Of a stretch of DNA of 64,000 nt, positions 51,804-64,000 are shown piece after piece. The notes under the pieces are model-generated. The model was not told the origin of the DNA, ran no database searches, and saw only the letters and a program-made list of their open reading frames with translations. This stretch comes from Mizuhopecten yessoensis (Eukaryota). Each line of letters opens with the position of its first letter. Within the stretch, counting starts at the first letter, position 1. A program made the position numbers and the translations under genes. The DNA is taken from positions 1 to 64,000 of the forward strand of contig NW_018405148.1 in assembly GCF_002113885.1 (NCBI RefSeq). Direction: 5' to 3'.

Positions 51804-52347
51804 TCATTATTTTCAAAACTCATGGAATTATGTCATTACTGTGGGAAATTATATTATGTTAATGTTACTCATATTGTCTTACATTGTGACAAAACTACTG
51901 AAGTAAGAGAGAAATGATTGTTTTGTTTAATTAGTATATTGGATTTATAATCCTATGACGTTTGCATATCTATAAGACTTGGATTTAGATACCTTATTGG
52001 GTAGTGAATTAAATTATGAAATGACATCTGAAGATACTGAATATCTAAGATTAGGGGTAGTAATACATGTGTATCAAAAGTTGAAAAAATCACTACAAAT
52101 CATTTTATTATATATTGAAGTAATGATGTCCATTACAATGTACATCTCCTTTTTCTTATAAAATGTTTATGCATACATTATAATAGCGATACATGAATGC
52201 TTTTCCAATGTTCATGTATATATTATGTTAATTGATTGTTATATGTTACTATTCTGTTGTTTATGTTATCTTTCACATTGGAGAAAATACGAGAATAATA
52301 ATAATATATTGTAATGACTCAATTCCCTTTCGTGTAACTGCCCTTAC

Positions 52348-52512
52348 CACATGTGAATGTTGGAGTTGTCCGTAGGCCATTACTTTGACACGTCACAAAT
52401 GCGTTTGCGTCGGGAAAAGATAAAGTTCCACATAAATAGAACCTAGTGCTTCCCAGAGTTTTGTTCCCTGCAAGGACCGTAGCGGAAGTGACGTCTGGTT
52501 GGTCACCACAAT
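52348..52512 (-). CDS. Open sushi/CCP-like exon (phase 1-1) of a probably disrupted gene
   Basis: tttgcag|AT TGT GGT GAC...ACA TGT G|gtaagg, 165 nt; CGDQPDV..LGSTRFYLC..VTCQSNGLRTTPTFTC (conserved Trp replaced by Arg). Clearly related to the 30181 exon. Confidence 0.65.
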
Positions 52513-53423
52513 CTGCAAATGTACATGTGTTGCACATCGTATCGCTGACTAACATTAAATATATATATCAATTGAAATATTCCTTGCATATTTAATCATA
52601 TAAACAAATTTAAAAGTCACAGGATGCTTGGTTATCACCAAAACTTTAAGGGTATGCATTTCCTACAACACCGCTTGAGTGTATAATACTGCACCGGTTG
52701 ATCTTAGATGTACAGTTACCTTTCCTTCTTTTCGTTATGGATATATATAAAGTTCAATTGGACAGAAACACTTCCGTTGAACAGGTAGCTCAACCAGGTA
52801 TCCATTGTAGCGATAGTATTACAATCTGAGGTGAAGGGTTGAAATGTCGGTAAAGCCAAGGTGAAGTTTTACACTCAAAACACTGTTTTGTTTATACATG
52901 TTTTTTTTGTGTATTTCATCTTTATTATTTTTTCCATTTAAGTCCCGCAAGGTTAAAAAAAAGGATTTATAAAACCTATAGCTATGTCGAAAACAGTTTC
53001 CAGCGATACATTACAAAGAACATATTGTAAAACCATAGGAAGACGCAATCAAGTTAGGTTCTAAAGGTCTAGGTAAACATTACCAATTTTATTATTACAT
53101 GTTCCTTTGGGAGACATTGAATTGAAAGGAAATACCGCCTAACAGAAAGGATACATATGAGAGAAAAGACAAATAAGAGGTTCCGTGTTTACCTCGTGAT
53201 AACTGCTAGGGTAACTCTTTTCGTGAATATAGTAACGAGACACTTGGTTCGACCACATTATTTTTAGTCAATGGGCAAAGATGGTTCCAAGGCGGGGTGG
53301 CAATAAAATATAAGAGATAAGTGAGGTGCAGGTCTTCAGTGTAGCGATAGGTTAGAAGATATTTTGGTTTCCTTTCATGGTGTCCCGAATATCCTCGATA
53401 CTCCAGGGGTTACGCTTACTTAC

Positions 53424-53588
53424 CTTCTTTGCACCCCTGGAATGTGTCGTGAAACAATCGAAGTCTTAGTGTGCGCCACCCTTGTGAATGAGACAAGAAG
53501 ATTGGTTCAATCCTTTGATGTACATCAAAAGAATCTTGCGTTAGCGTAATGGTAAAATTGACCAACTTTGTAGTTGGGTGTCGCTCGT
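53424..53588 (-). other. Candidate 165-nt phase 1-1 exon, product unknown
   Basis: Acceptor cctttgacgattacag, donor AG|gtaagt, open frame ERHPTTKLVNFTITLTQDSFDVHQRIEPIFLSHSQGWRTLRLRLFHDTFQGCKE. Confidence 0.3.
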
Positions 53589-55089
53589 CTGTAATCGTCA
53601 AAGGACAGGTTCAAGCCAAGCGATGGGTCAGGTTTGTTTTACCTGACTCCAATCAAATAGCCTAGCTACGTGATATCTTTTGTTTATGTGTCAAAGAGCT
53701 TGCTCAGAGTATCGTTACTTTGTGATAGATATCGACTGCTGATAAACTTATAACACAATTTTCGAGTGATGTATGTTGAGAAAGACTATGGCCAAGATAA
53801 TCATGATCGTATTGGGTTATAATCTATTTCTATACGCGGTATGGATATCGACGTGTTTACTTATCCTCTTTAAGAATCCATGTCCAACTGCACTGTGTTT
53901 TTTCTATATGCAATGACCTCCAAATAACTTCCGTTTGGAGATTATTATAAAACAATTGGGCCAGGTCACTCCGTCGAACAGGTAGCACAATTGGTTAACG
54001 AAATGGTTCAGCAGTCTCAAGTTAATAGTTCGAATCTGGGTCTAGCATCTCAACATCCTTGTACATTCAAAACACTGGAGTTTGATTATGGCGGTAAAAC
54101 ATTTCTAGCACTTTCCTTCAATTTTTAACAGTGGCACAGGGATCCGTAACATAAGAGCGTGACATTGTTTTTGGACAGGATTTTCATGATTGGGTTTGTC
54201 GATGAAACAAAAGATTATTTCCCTTTTGGAACACAGCGTACTATTTGACCTGTACATTTTCAAGGGTCTCCATGTAATCGTTTTTATTTTTGTTTATATT
54301 TCGCCCTAGTTTTATCGATTGTGGACTCAAATAATGGCATTGACACTTCGGAATTATCTTGTTTGTTTATTGTAAAATATCGCGCAATGACGAACGTGAT
54401 GATACTTCAACACATATACATGTGATTGTTAATGCCTGATTTGAGGCCGACATTAACTAACACGTCACATGTCTTTTGCTATTGGATATTAAAGAGTCGT
54501 TTTACAATTGCCATCAAGTTTTAAAATTGCATCTGAAGGATACTTATTGTATTTTACAAATTGAAAGTTATGCAATCAATAATGGGAATTGTTCAGTTCA
54601 ATGTTTCACTATAATGCGACATATTCTTTTAAATATTACAATGAAAGCTACATAGAGTTCATCCAACGTAGGGAGACAATTCCCCGCTTTATGTTACAGA
54701 TTAGTTAAATCATGAAACTGACATCGGATGTTAAGAACTTTTAATACGAGCTATACAATAATTTCTCCTAACACCTTTGAGGTGATTTGGAAGTCGATTG
54801 TCGCCATCTCCCTTGTAAGCGGATGCATACAGCATTTCGATCGTGGACATGTCAATACACAACATCGCTCATGCAAAAATAACAAACATTGAATTGTACT
54901 CTTGTAAATACTACAACGTCGAACGGAACATGTACTAGCCTAACCTGCACAATCTTTTTCGACATGACTATAACTTTGATAATCATTTCTGAAATGAAAG
55001 ACATAACTTGCGAAACTTTCATAAAAGATAATGAAGATATAATAATAAAAAACAATCAGCTAAAATATTATGAGTGTAAAAACACAGGG

Positions 55090-55150
55090 CCAAATTAGGA
55101 TTCAAACCCTGGTCCTCCAATCATCAAACTTACCAACTGAGCTACCTAGC
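55090..55150 (-). mobile_element. tRNA-derived SINE head fragment (similar heads at ~53980-54045 + and ~45300-45370 -)
   Basis: Minus strand reads GGTAGCTCAGTTGGTAAG...GGTTTGAATCC (A and B boxes) with no full cloverleaf. Confidence 0.5.
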
Positions 55151-55875
55151 ATGCTGTAGAACCTGGCTTAAGAGTCGCGCTGCAGTCATATCAAAATGAA
55201 ATTAATGGGAGGTTACTAGATTTGTATAAAATGTTTTTCTATCTAGTATCAAATAGTTCTGAAGGTAATCATTCTTGTCGTTAATAGAAAAATCATCATA
55301 AGTAGCACAAACTGAGGTATTGTATATGAAATACGAAAGCAAAGTGTACAGGGTCACGGACCAATACTAAGGAGGGTCTTGATAATTCAATTAACACAGG
55401 GATAGCTCCTTGATGGTACCTATTACGCAATTCAAGCGTGATATATTTATTGAAAAAAGGAGTAAAACAATTAATATTGATCCCATTTGGTTGAATAGCC
55501 CCACCATTACAAAAACAGAGTATTGATATCTAAGACATATGCATGAATATAATATAACGTACAATGGTAATTATTGAACGATGCTGGGGGCCGTGCCATG
55601 GTCAATAGGAGATAGAAGGGTGCAGTCTGGAAAACATGAAATAGAAAGATAGATAATTGAATAAATAAGTGATTAGAGCCTTGCCGTTCGTTAAACGAGA
55701 TCCCAACACTTGGGCAGACACATCATACCTATCTTTATTTGGTATTCTGTTCATTGTGTTTAAGGTAGAATGTGATTGCAGTTAAGCTCATAAAATATAA
55801 ATGTTCTGCCAGGTTTATGTGTTGTTGCTTATAATTTTGATGTTATAGATTGGTATATGATAAAAAGGTTAATAT

Positions 55876-55960
55876 ATGACCATTTTCATATCCTATTCCG
55901 TATCAGGTCTCGGCCGACATTAGCTCTCGGTCTGATAAGGAATAGGATTTAGAAATGGTC
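55876..55960. repeat. Imperfect inverted repeat (hairpin, MITE-like)
   Basis: GACCATTTTCATATCCTATTCCGTATCAG pairs with CTGATAAGGAATAGGATTTAGAAATGGTC. Confidence 0.7.
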
Positions 55961-58900
55961 TTAGAATAACCTCTAAGTAAGAAGTGTGAAGCACTAGCAA
56001 TGGCAACATTATGTAATTCCTAAGTTTTACAAGTTATTTTATACAGAAAATAACTGTTAACATTTTGCAACCTGAATAACCCGTTTCTGTTGCTAGAATG
56101 TTACAATATGGTACCATGAAAATCCTGTCAAAGAGGATCACGCTGCCTTCATCAGATATTACAGATACTCTAAGACAGTCATTTTTCAGACTTTGCACAT
56201 GTAGAAATATTCTACTGGTGGGTGTATTGTTTGCTGCCTAAGTGTTTTAAGGTCGGTCCGAAATCCAAAATGGCACCATTGTTGCCAACTTCTTAAAGAT
56301 ATTACATGTATTAACTTATCAAAATTTATAAAAGTTGAAAAGAAGCAATGTCAGTCTATTATAGTCACTGGTATATTGTTTGCTGCCTAAGTGCAGTTTA
56401 TATAGATACATTGTAGGGTAGGCCGAAACAAGAAGTCAGTTGTATATATATGTAAATAGAGATAAGCAGTTTGATCGGAATAACAGAGATTTTAACAGGG
56501 TAGATCTAGTGTTTGGTTTGGGCACTTCAAAGTTATCATAGCCCTTTATCATAGCATGCTACTGGCCAAAATAACACTTCATGTTTCTTTATTGTCCAGA
56601 CCACGTACTCATGAAACCATTATCATGCTCAAGCATAGATTCTGCGCTTAAACCAATTTTCTTGTGATCCGCTTCAATCATGTCTTATGATCAAAAATCA
56701 AATGTTAACACTGAAATCAGTATTTGGCTTTAAATCGCTTTGTTGTTTTTCCAAATCAGTGACAAAATAAGAATTGTTTTAACAATGTATAGCCAGAACA
56801 AGAAATTGGGCTTGAGCACAAAATCCATGGTTGAGCATGAAAATTGTTTCATGAATACGGGCCCAGATGATGTTGGTAAGCTTGAGAGTAGGTCAAGGTC
56901 ATTCAGTAGAACAACTTTTCAAACTCCTACTGGACCTCTACTTTTCAGTGTATGACGATGTTAATTTTCAGAAATGTTCGTCTTTTGGATCATGAAATAA
57001 TCACTGGAATCAAAAAGTATTGATTGATACACCCCGTATGCTAAATTAAGTTAGTGATTTTAACCCTAGAACCATTTAACGATTCAGTTGTACATAAGCA
57101 AATCACAGTGGACATTCTATAATTCAGCCACCATTCCTTCTAAAACTAGTTAACAAGGGCAATAAAATAACAACAACAACAACAATGAAGCAAAAAAATA
57201 ATAAGTAGATATAGCGCTTTTCTTAACTGCCACTTTCAGTATAACCATATGAGTTATGAAAGATTTTTAAGTTATTATTTCAACAGATACACGATTTGAT
57301 GAATGTCACATACGATTGTTTGGCGGCCTTCCTCACATTGCGTTAAAAGAAAATGGTTTATGTTTAATCAAGGTAGTTAATACTTTTGTTCAACAATTCT
57401 TCGAAATTTACCAAGCGAAGCGTATATACACAAAGGTGTAAAAGGAAGATTTTTTAATATAAAATCGATGTCGATTTGGCTGCGTTGACTTCATGAACTC
57501 TAACAAATCTATGATCAGCTCTTAATCAACGCTAAGCCGAATTAATTTGATATTATCNACAAATCTATGATCAGCTCTTAATCAACGCTAAGCCGAATTA
57601 ATTTGATATTATCTCCTCGAGCATATTGCATGTCATGGGAACGTCACACATAAACAAGTACCTGTTTGTGCTATGATGAACCTTTTGTATAATTCATATT
57701 TATCAATCTGGAGAAAATGTTAAGAGACAGTCAACTCGTATGAAAAGCATATAGACGAATTACCACGAATATAACATGTTCATACCAGATGGTAGATGGT
57801 AAACAATTCTTGTTCTAACAATCAATTCTGCACGAAAGGGGCTTTAACCTTGTCATTGAAAGTCGTCGCAGTAAATGTAAACGATATTTTCATTGACTTG
57901 CTTTATGAATTAAAACGGTGTCATGCTTCTGTGCCCAAGGCGTGATAATGTATAACATAACGTTCGTGCGTACTTTCTTTCGTGATTTGGGACTTCAGAT
58001 TATTTCGTGGGTACAACCTTTTGCGGTAAGCCCACACAACGGAATGTATTAATTTTCGTCCACGTAAAACGAAATATGTCCACCATTCCGAGAATAATAT
58101 TGGTCCAAAACCGAAACACATTTGCGGTATGTTTTAAAATGACAAAGAGTCACACTCATCATACTTCTCTGTTGATGTGAAACATTTAAAATAATTATCA
58201 CACAAGTAAAGTAAACATACATGTGGCGGGGGTGTTGACATCATGCTAAGAAAACACTAACCTGTTCTCGCGACGCCCTGTAGGCCTACAGTTTCACTTG
58301 ATTGGTCACATACTTAATTTATCAATACTAAATTATATTTATACAACAGATTGATACATGTAGCATATATCATTATCAGAACATGTAACAACTTACTTTT
58401 ATTATAAATGAATGATTCATTTATATTTAAATATTCGTTTAGGAATCGCCAAGGTCATATGATTTTCACATTTTCGTTGTTAATATTCTTTTAAGCTGTA
58501 GATATATTCGTTGTAAGTATATTCGTGGTTCCATAGCAACCACGAAAACAACGAAAATGTATACACAACGACTATTTAATGTTATACAGTATATTTATAA
58601 ATGTATCTAAAATGGTGAATAAGCTTTCCCCTTATCTGTTTACGATGTCGCCATATGTCATAAATTGCTGTGAATATATCAGAAAACAACTTAACAACCA
58701 GACGAAGAAATGCTTTAGTTTTGTGGACATCATAAAAACTTTATCGATGAGTCATACCAATTTACTTCCAATGAATAATTCATTGTGAGGAACCGATACG
58801 AAACGTATCTATGTGTCAAACGTACCAATTGAATCGTTTTCAGCTCTGACGATGGTACATGTACTGAGTTCTGAGAAAAACATTCTATGTTGCAAAATTG

Positions 58901-61528
58901 ATGCTACATAGTATTTTGGCGGGTGGTCTGGTAACGCAGTGGATACTACACTCGCCTTTCACCAAGACTGTCAGTTTCCTGTCTCATTTAAACACTCTGA
59001 AAGCTAACATCTGGACAAACATATGAATTAGTATAAGTTCAAATGACTTTTTTAATAGTTGTTGTAAAATAAAGTTAGTTTAGATTGAAATTGATTTTAG
59101 TATTTTGATTTAGGTTGATATATTGGTGTCTCAATCCACCTTTTATGGTAATTTATTTCAATGACGATATGTTAAAAATTATGCAAAACTGTTAGCTGAT
59201 ATTTCAAATAAAATCATGTAACGAAATATGGTTATGCAAATATAAATGTAATCAATGTAACTCTTACTACTATATTTGAGAAGACAAGCCGGTGCGATTC
59301 TGCATTCATTTCATTACTCATGCTTTATCCAATCACGTCATGTTCATTTGCTTTCAAACACTGTGACGAATAGCATAAAAGATATTCTATATTTGATTAA
59401 ATTAGTATGTATAAGGAGTAGAAATCGCTATTGTATTCAAATCAATTATTGACAAATTCAAATAAAACAAAAATAGAAAATGTTATTTAATGGAGAAGAA
59501 AATTATTACATACGTTCTTGAACGATCGTGATCAGTTAAATTCATGTCCAGTATCATGCTTTTATATAAAAAAATAAGTAAATAAATGTAAATTGATATT
59601 TGACTTAAGGACATATACCACTATAGTGTAAATGCATATCATCCCTTAAAGAGTTTTACGTTAAGAAACAAACTAAATGGTCATATATGAATGACGTCAT
59701 TGACTTAGTTAACATAACATGATGAAGCACTGTAACTCTTACAGGAATATGACCTAAAGAGTCTTAATTCTAGCAATCTCTAGTTCATGAAGATCGCAGA
59801 GATTTGCATCACATTGCCCAAAGCCTACCGCCAGTACTTTAGAAGGCACAGCAAAGTGACATTAGTTCAATTACCCTGCATATTTGATCAACTGATATAT
59901 TTTTCTAAGATAATAGGTAGAATAATGATATTTCTTTAATTATTTTTTGCTAACTTTTCTGAATGTCCGTTTGCATTCAGGTCATGTATGTAAACAAAAA
60001 CACAAATCAATGTGTAACAAATTGTTATATTTAGATATGCGCTGCAACCCACTATATGAACATTACCAGCAGAAATGCATTTCAATTGAAAATGAAAGCA
60101 AAACCTCTCATGATATAACACTTGGTTTATTTATGACGTCATATATTAACCTTGTTCAATTATAGTCTTGTCGCTTCGCTTCGATTAACATGGAGAATGC
60201 CGCATGCGTCAAACGCATAAATGACTACGATTCTTTAGTAATGATATATATATTGATTGAACGGCTTTTTTTTTAATTGTCATGCCGGTATGAACGCAAA
60301 TCGGTTACATCCAAAATAAACATGTAATATTGATGTAACCGTTTTGTGTTCATACTGACATGAAAATTAAAAAAACGCCGTTCAATCCATACATGTGAAA
60401 TCAAAATCGACGAATCTGGAGCAGATATACTCTAGTATATGTAGAATGAACACCTCACAAGCATCCTTCTCTTGAACATGCAAAAAACATGATGTATATT
60501 CCAATTTCGTTAGGGGGGATCATTTTTCCATACAAGAACAAAATGTCTCATTCTTCGTTTCAAAAACATAATTATTGAATGCTACGTTATATCAGACCAA
60601 ATCAAAATAGATTTTAAAATCAGAAAAAAAGGAAAGTATAACTGATATCAAAACAAAAGATATGGCGGAAAACACATGGAACAACCAAGTGGACGAATTT
60701 AAAACCCTGCCTGCTCTTAAAGCAATAACACTTAAATTGGAAATAGCGATTCCTCAAGGAGGAGCAAAACAATCAAGGAAAGCTAGATATATTTTGAAAA
60801 GATACAGAAGAAGGATGTAATTATTTACATTCGATGCCGTCCTTTCATCAGACTTTTCGAAATATTAATATACAGTTAAAACATTGTTAGAGAATAAACA
60901 ACAACATGTATAACAATGTCATTCCATAATGAAGTACAGGTATGATTTCCAGGTATAAGTGGAAAGGAATCCACGACCGAATTGGCTAATAATATTGGCA
61001 ACGACGACCCGAAGACGATTTCGTTGATCAACGTAATCATACAGTAGTCTGGGAATCATTTCCTTGACTTTGTGTTGTTGTACCATTGAAACAAACATTT
61101 CTAGCAAGAAGAGGATTTCCGAAGATGTATTTCATAATATTTATATTGTTTCCGGTAAAAAAGTGTTATTTAAGGTAATTTTTTCCTACTTTTCCATATA
61201 CAAGCGATCTGTATGCATCTATATAAATCGCCAACGTGCGCGACGACGATGACGAGTTCACTGTTCTTTCCAGAACCTCGTATTATTATAGAGATACGTA
61301 ATGCTGATTTCAACTGAATAATTAATTCGTAATGTTGACTGGATCAATAATGAGGTAGTTCCCCGATAACACCAATACCCAGCATCCGTTATTGCAAATT
61401 CCATCGGACTAAACGCAAGTCTAAGATACACAGTCAAGGGGATTAATAAAATCCTTAAAAACCAAGTTGTTTTTCTGCAACCAAAGTGTGATATTTTGAT
61501 CAAATGTATACACAAGGCATATTTGATA

Positions 61529-61826
61529 ATGGAATTTAACCTAGTTTTATTACTATTGTTTTCCATGAACATATTAAGGGTTTCCGATGCCACAAACATA
61601 AAAAGCTACAAAAGGAAAATGAGTGTAGCTATAGAGAAGTACACTGAATCGAAAACGAATTCCAAAACTGGAGTTGAAAATCTTGGGAAATGCGCAAATT
61701 TCTGGAAGAAAAATATATGTTTGTCTTTTGCGTACACCGACGCTGAAAAAAAGTGTGATACGTACTCAAGCATGTTCATTGAAGAGGCCGGTATTGGGTT
61801 GACGTCCGCGGCTTACTTCTCTAAAC
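61529..61826 (+). CDS. Paralog of FReD exon 1 (signal peptide + PAN-like), possibly pseudogenising; any further exons would lie beyond the window
   Basis: 298 nt like exon 1, with 15 of 99 residues changed. CAMFC becomes CANFW, and the donor is gcaagt instead of gtaagt. Confidence 0.65.
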
Positions 61827-63732
61827 GCAAGTACATTTTTATATTTATTTAGTAAATTTGATACTAAGATATAACGTTAGAAACTATCAGCTGCTTGACT
61901 CACATTTTTGTTTTTTTGTTTGTCTGTTTTTGATTTTAGTTATGCTTTATTTTCTTGGAAGGGGAGTTCGCTGCCGAAGTATGTTTCATGTCAAATGTTG
62001 ACAAAAAAAATACTATTGAAAAGTAACAATGAAGTAGATTAAGGTTATCTTGTATTGAGATATAAACGACGGTTTGATAGTAAGATATCATGGAAAGGAG
62101 AGAAAGGGGACATTTAAGCCATCAGCGGTAATTAATGGCAAAAGAATAAAGACGTTCGAGGGTTAGATGGGACTCTATCAGATTATTAGCAATGATATAG
62201 ATAATGTCAAGTAAGACCATAAGTATTACATCTGTGATAATATTGATCCCGTCGTCATTTCCAATAAGGGTATTCGTAGATAATAAACATTGCACAAAAG
62301 GAATGGCTAGATCCATTAGGTCAAGATGTTTCCGGAGCAGGTAAGACAATAAACATTTCGTTGTCCACATCGTCAATGTTTATTAGTGTCTTCGTGATAA
62401 ATAGGTGGCTAAATCGATAAAGTCACAACAAATATGGAACGACAGCATTTGAGTCCTTAGCGGTTGATATGATTTTACAGTCATATATTAATCATGGTTA
62501 TAAGCATGCTAGGAAAACCTTTAAGATAGTTTTACAGAAATGCATCGATGCCAGAATAGACACAAATTAGCATTTTAGACGTAGCAAAGAGTTGGCAAAT
62601 GTACAGTAATATGAGTATTACTTAGGGTAGTTTTTCTATACCATGCCCCATGTTGCTACATATATTCTCTGTATTTGAAAACGAATCGGTGTAAAGTATC
62701 GTTACTAAAGGATGCAGCTTGATATCCTGCTACGGTCGCTGTCACTGATAATACCCAAATTGATGCAATGACCAATGCAATTAAATATTAATTTGTTTTG
62801 CCTTTTACGTCGAAAATTAAATCATAAACGGATACCTCCTTACTTTGCATTTTTAGAGATATATTCAGTGAATATTTTCAAATTAGACACAATAAGAATG
62901 CTAGCAATTGCGTAGGTGAAGGTATTTTAGAGTAGCCAAACAAACCCACATTAAGGTTAGCAGGCATGTGAGTAAAATATTAATCTGATATCAAGTTATA
63001 CATGACCGTCATGTTAGTCTGTGGATGTAATCTGGTGTTAATGAAGTAGAGAATGACACACTTCACACGAAAACAATGTACCATATCAATGATTGATTGA
63101 TGTTGTGAAGTAAGACATCATTGGATAGCAATGGAATTAATAAATGTAATTTAGTGTGAGAGGCTTTGGAGAGGTGAGGAAAATAAGTATATAGACTATA
63201 AGTAATTCTATGTCAGGGTAGATACAAAGGAAATCATCACCATTGAATAGCGTATTGGAATATAGTTTAAATGATACACAAAAGAAAGGACAGCGACGTC
63301 ACAACGTATTGTAGTTCAAAGATGATGACGAAAGAATTAAAATTAAAACAAAATTTGACAAGAATTGCAAATGAAGTATAAGTAATTACATACAAATAAA
63401 GAATCTAGTTTTAATCAGCCAAGAGGACGATATATCATCGAAATGTTGATGACGAGAGGAAAGGGAAAGGATTTGAAAGACTAGCAATGAAATATATACT
63501 ATTAATCCGTTGTCATGTCACACGTGGGCCTGTCAATAACTTATGTCACAACCTAGCTCCAGTACGGACGGATAACAGAATAGCATTTTACGAGGATTTA
63601 TCGTGTGCGAAATTTCTACAGCATCCGACAATAGTCGAAAAAGTTATTAATAGTTCAATGATATGTACTCGTGACCAGAAGCTACATGTCAATGCTTAAA
63701 TGACGGTAGGGACTAAATCTTAAATACAATCC

Positions 63733-64000
63733 AATATCAAAGCACGATGTTTTTTACAGATACCGCAGAATTGTGCAGTGTAAAAGGCACATCTAACGTC
63801 ACATTGAGAACTTTTTCCAGGTGGAAGAACAAATTCAATAATGGTAAATTTGACACACGGCCAGACAGACAGCATCAAAGAAGAACATTGCTGCTGTGAG
63901 AGCAATATTTCAGAATGATAGTCGGTATACTGTTTCTGAGATAGCTCATATGATTGGCATTTTAGAACTCAGTACACATCAAATTCTGACCAAGCACGTG
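63733..64000 (+). mobile_element. Mariner-family transposase N-terminal (HTH) fragment, frameshifted, running off the window
   Basis: ELCSVKGTSNVTLRTFSRWKNKFNNG, then after a frameshift TASKKNIAAVRAIFQNDSRYTVSEIAHMIGILELSTHQILTKH, matching the two HTH motifs of mariner transposases. Confidence 0.8.

Noticed and set aside
52720-52825. Possible extra exon starting DCNTIATMDTW on the minus strand
   Set aside because: It ends in phase 2, incompatible with the next phase-1 CCP exon, and overlaps a SINE-head-like sequence on the + strand.
53980-55150. tRNA genes
   Set aside because: Only A/B-box-like heads without complete acceptor or anticodon stems; these are SINE remnants.
57503-57613. Exact 55-bp tandem duplication
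   Set aside because: The two copies flank a single N (57558) and the paralog (~24735-24790) has one copy; this is a contig-overlap artefact.

Overview
AT-rich, repeat-dense eukaryotic DNA with spliceosomal introns. The transposon and gene content looks like an invertebrate, probably a bivalve mollusc (inference). One gene appears intact: a 5-exon minus-strand gene (ATG 20769 to TAG 11391, 311 aa) for a secreted protein with a signal peptide, a PAN/apple-like 4-Cys module and a fibrinogen-related domain (FReD). Most of 10-32 kb recurs inverted, roughly 10% diverged and rearranged at 37-64 kb. That copy holds an orphan FReD last exon (40657-40909, +) upstream of a damaged exon-1 copy (61529-61826, +). 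The two last exons differ far more at amino-acid-changing sites than at silent sites, and more than the adjacent intron does, which suggests diversifying selection on the ligand-binding subdomain. A foldback-like element (11991-16017) fills intron 4, and one duplication breakpoint lies inside its repeat arm. Remnants of a divergently oriented sushi/CCP-repeat gene are split between the two copies. Also present are a decayed Maverick/Polinton-type DNA polymerase B, CR1/L2-type LINE pieces, a Gypsy RT/RNase H fragment with PPT and LTR start, a mariner fragment, tRNA-derived SINEs, MITEs and several minisatellites. I see no prokaryotic-type system such as CRISPR. The best candidate for new biology is a rapidly diversifying, transposon-rearranged innate-immune lectin locus. 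Assembly gaps (157-922, 10071, 49632, 57558) mean uncollapsed haplotypes cannot be excluded.
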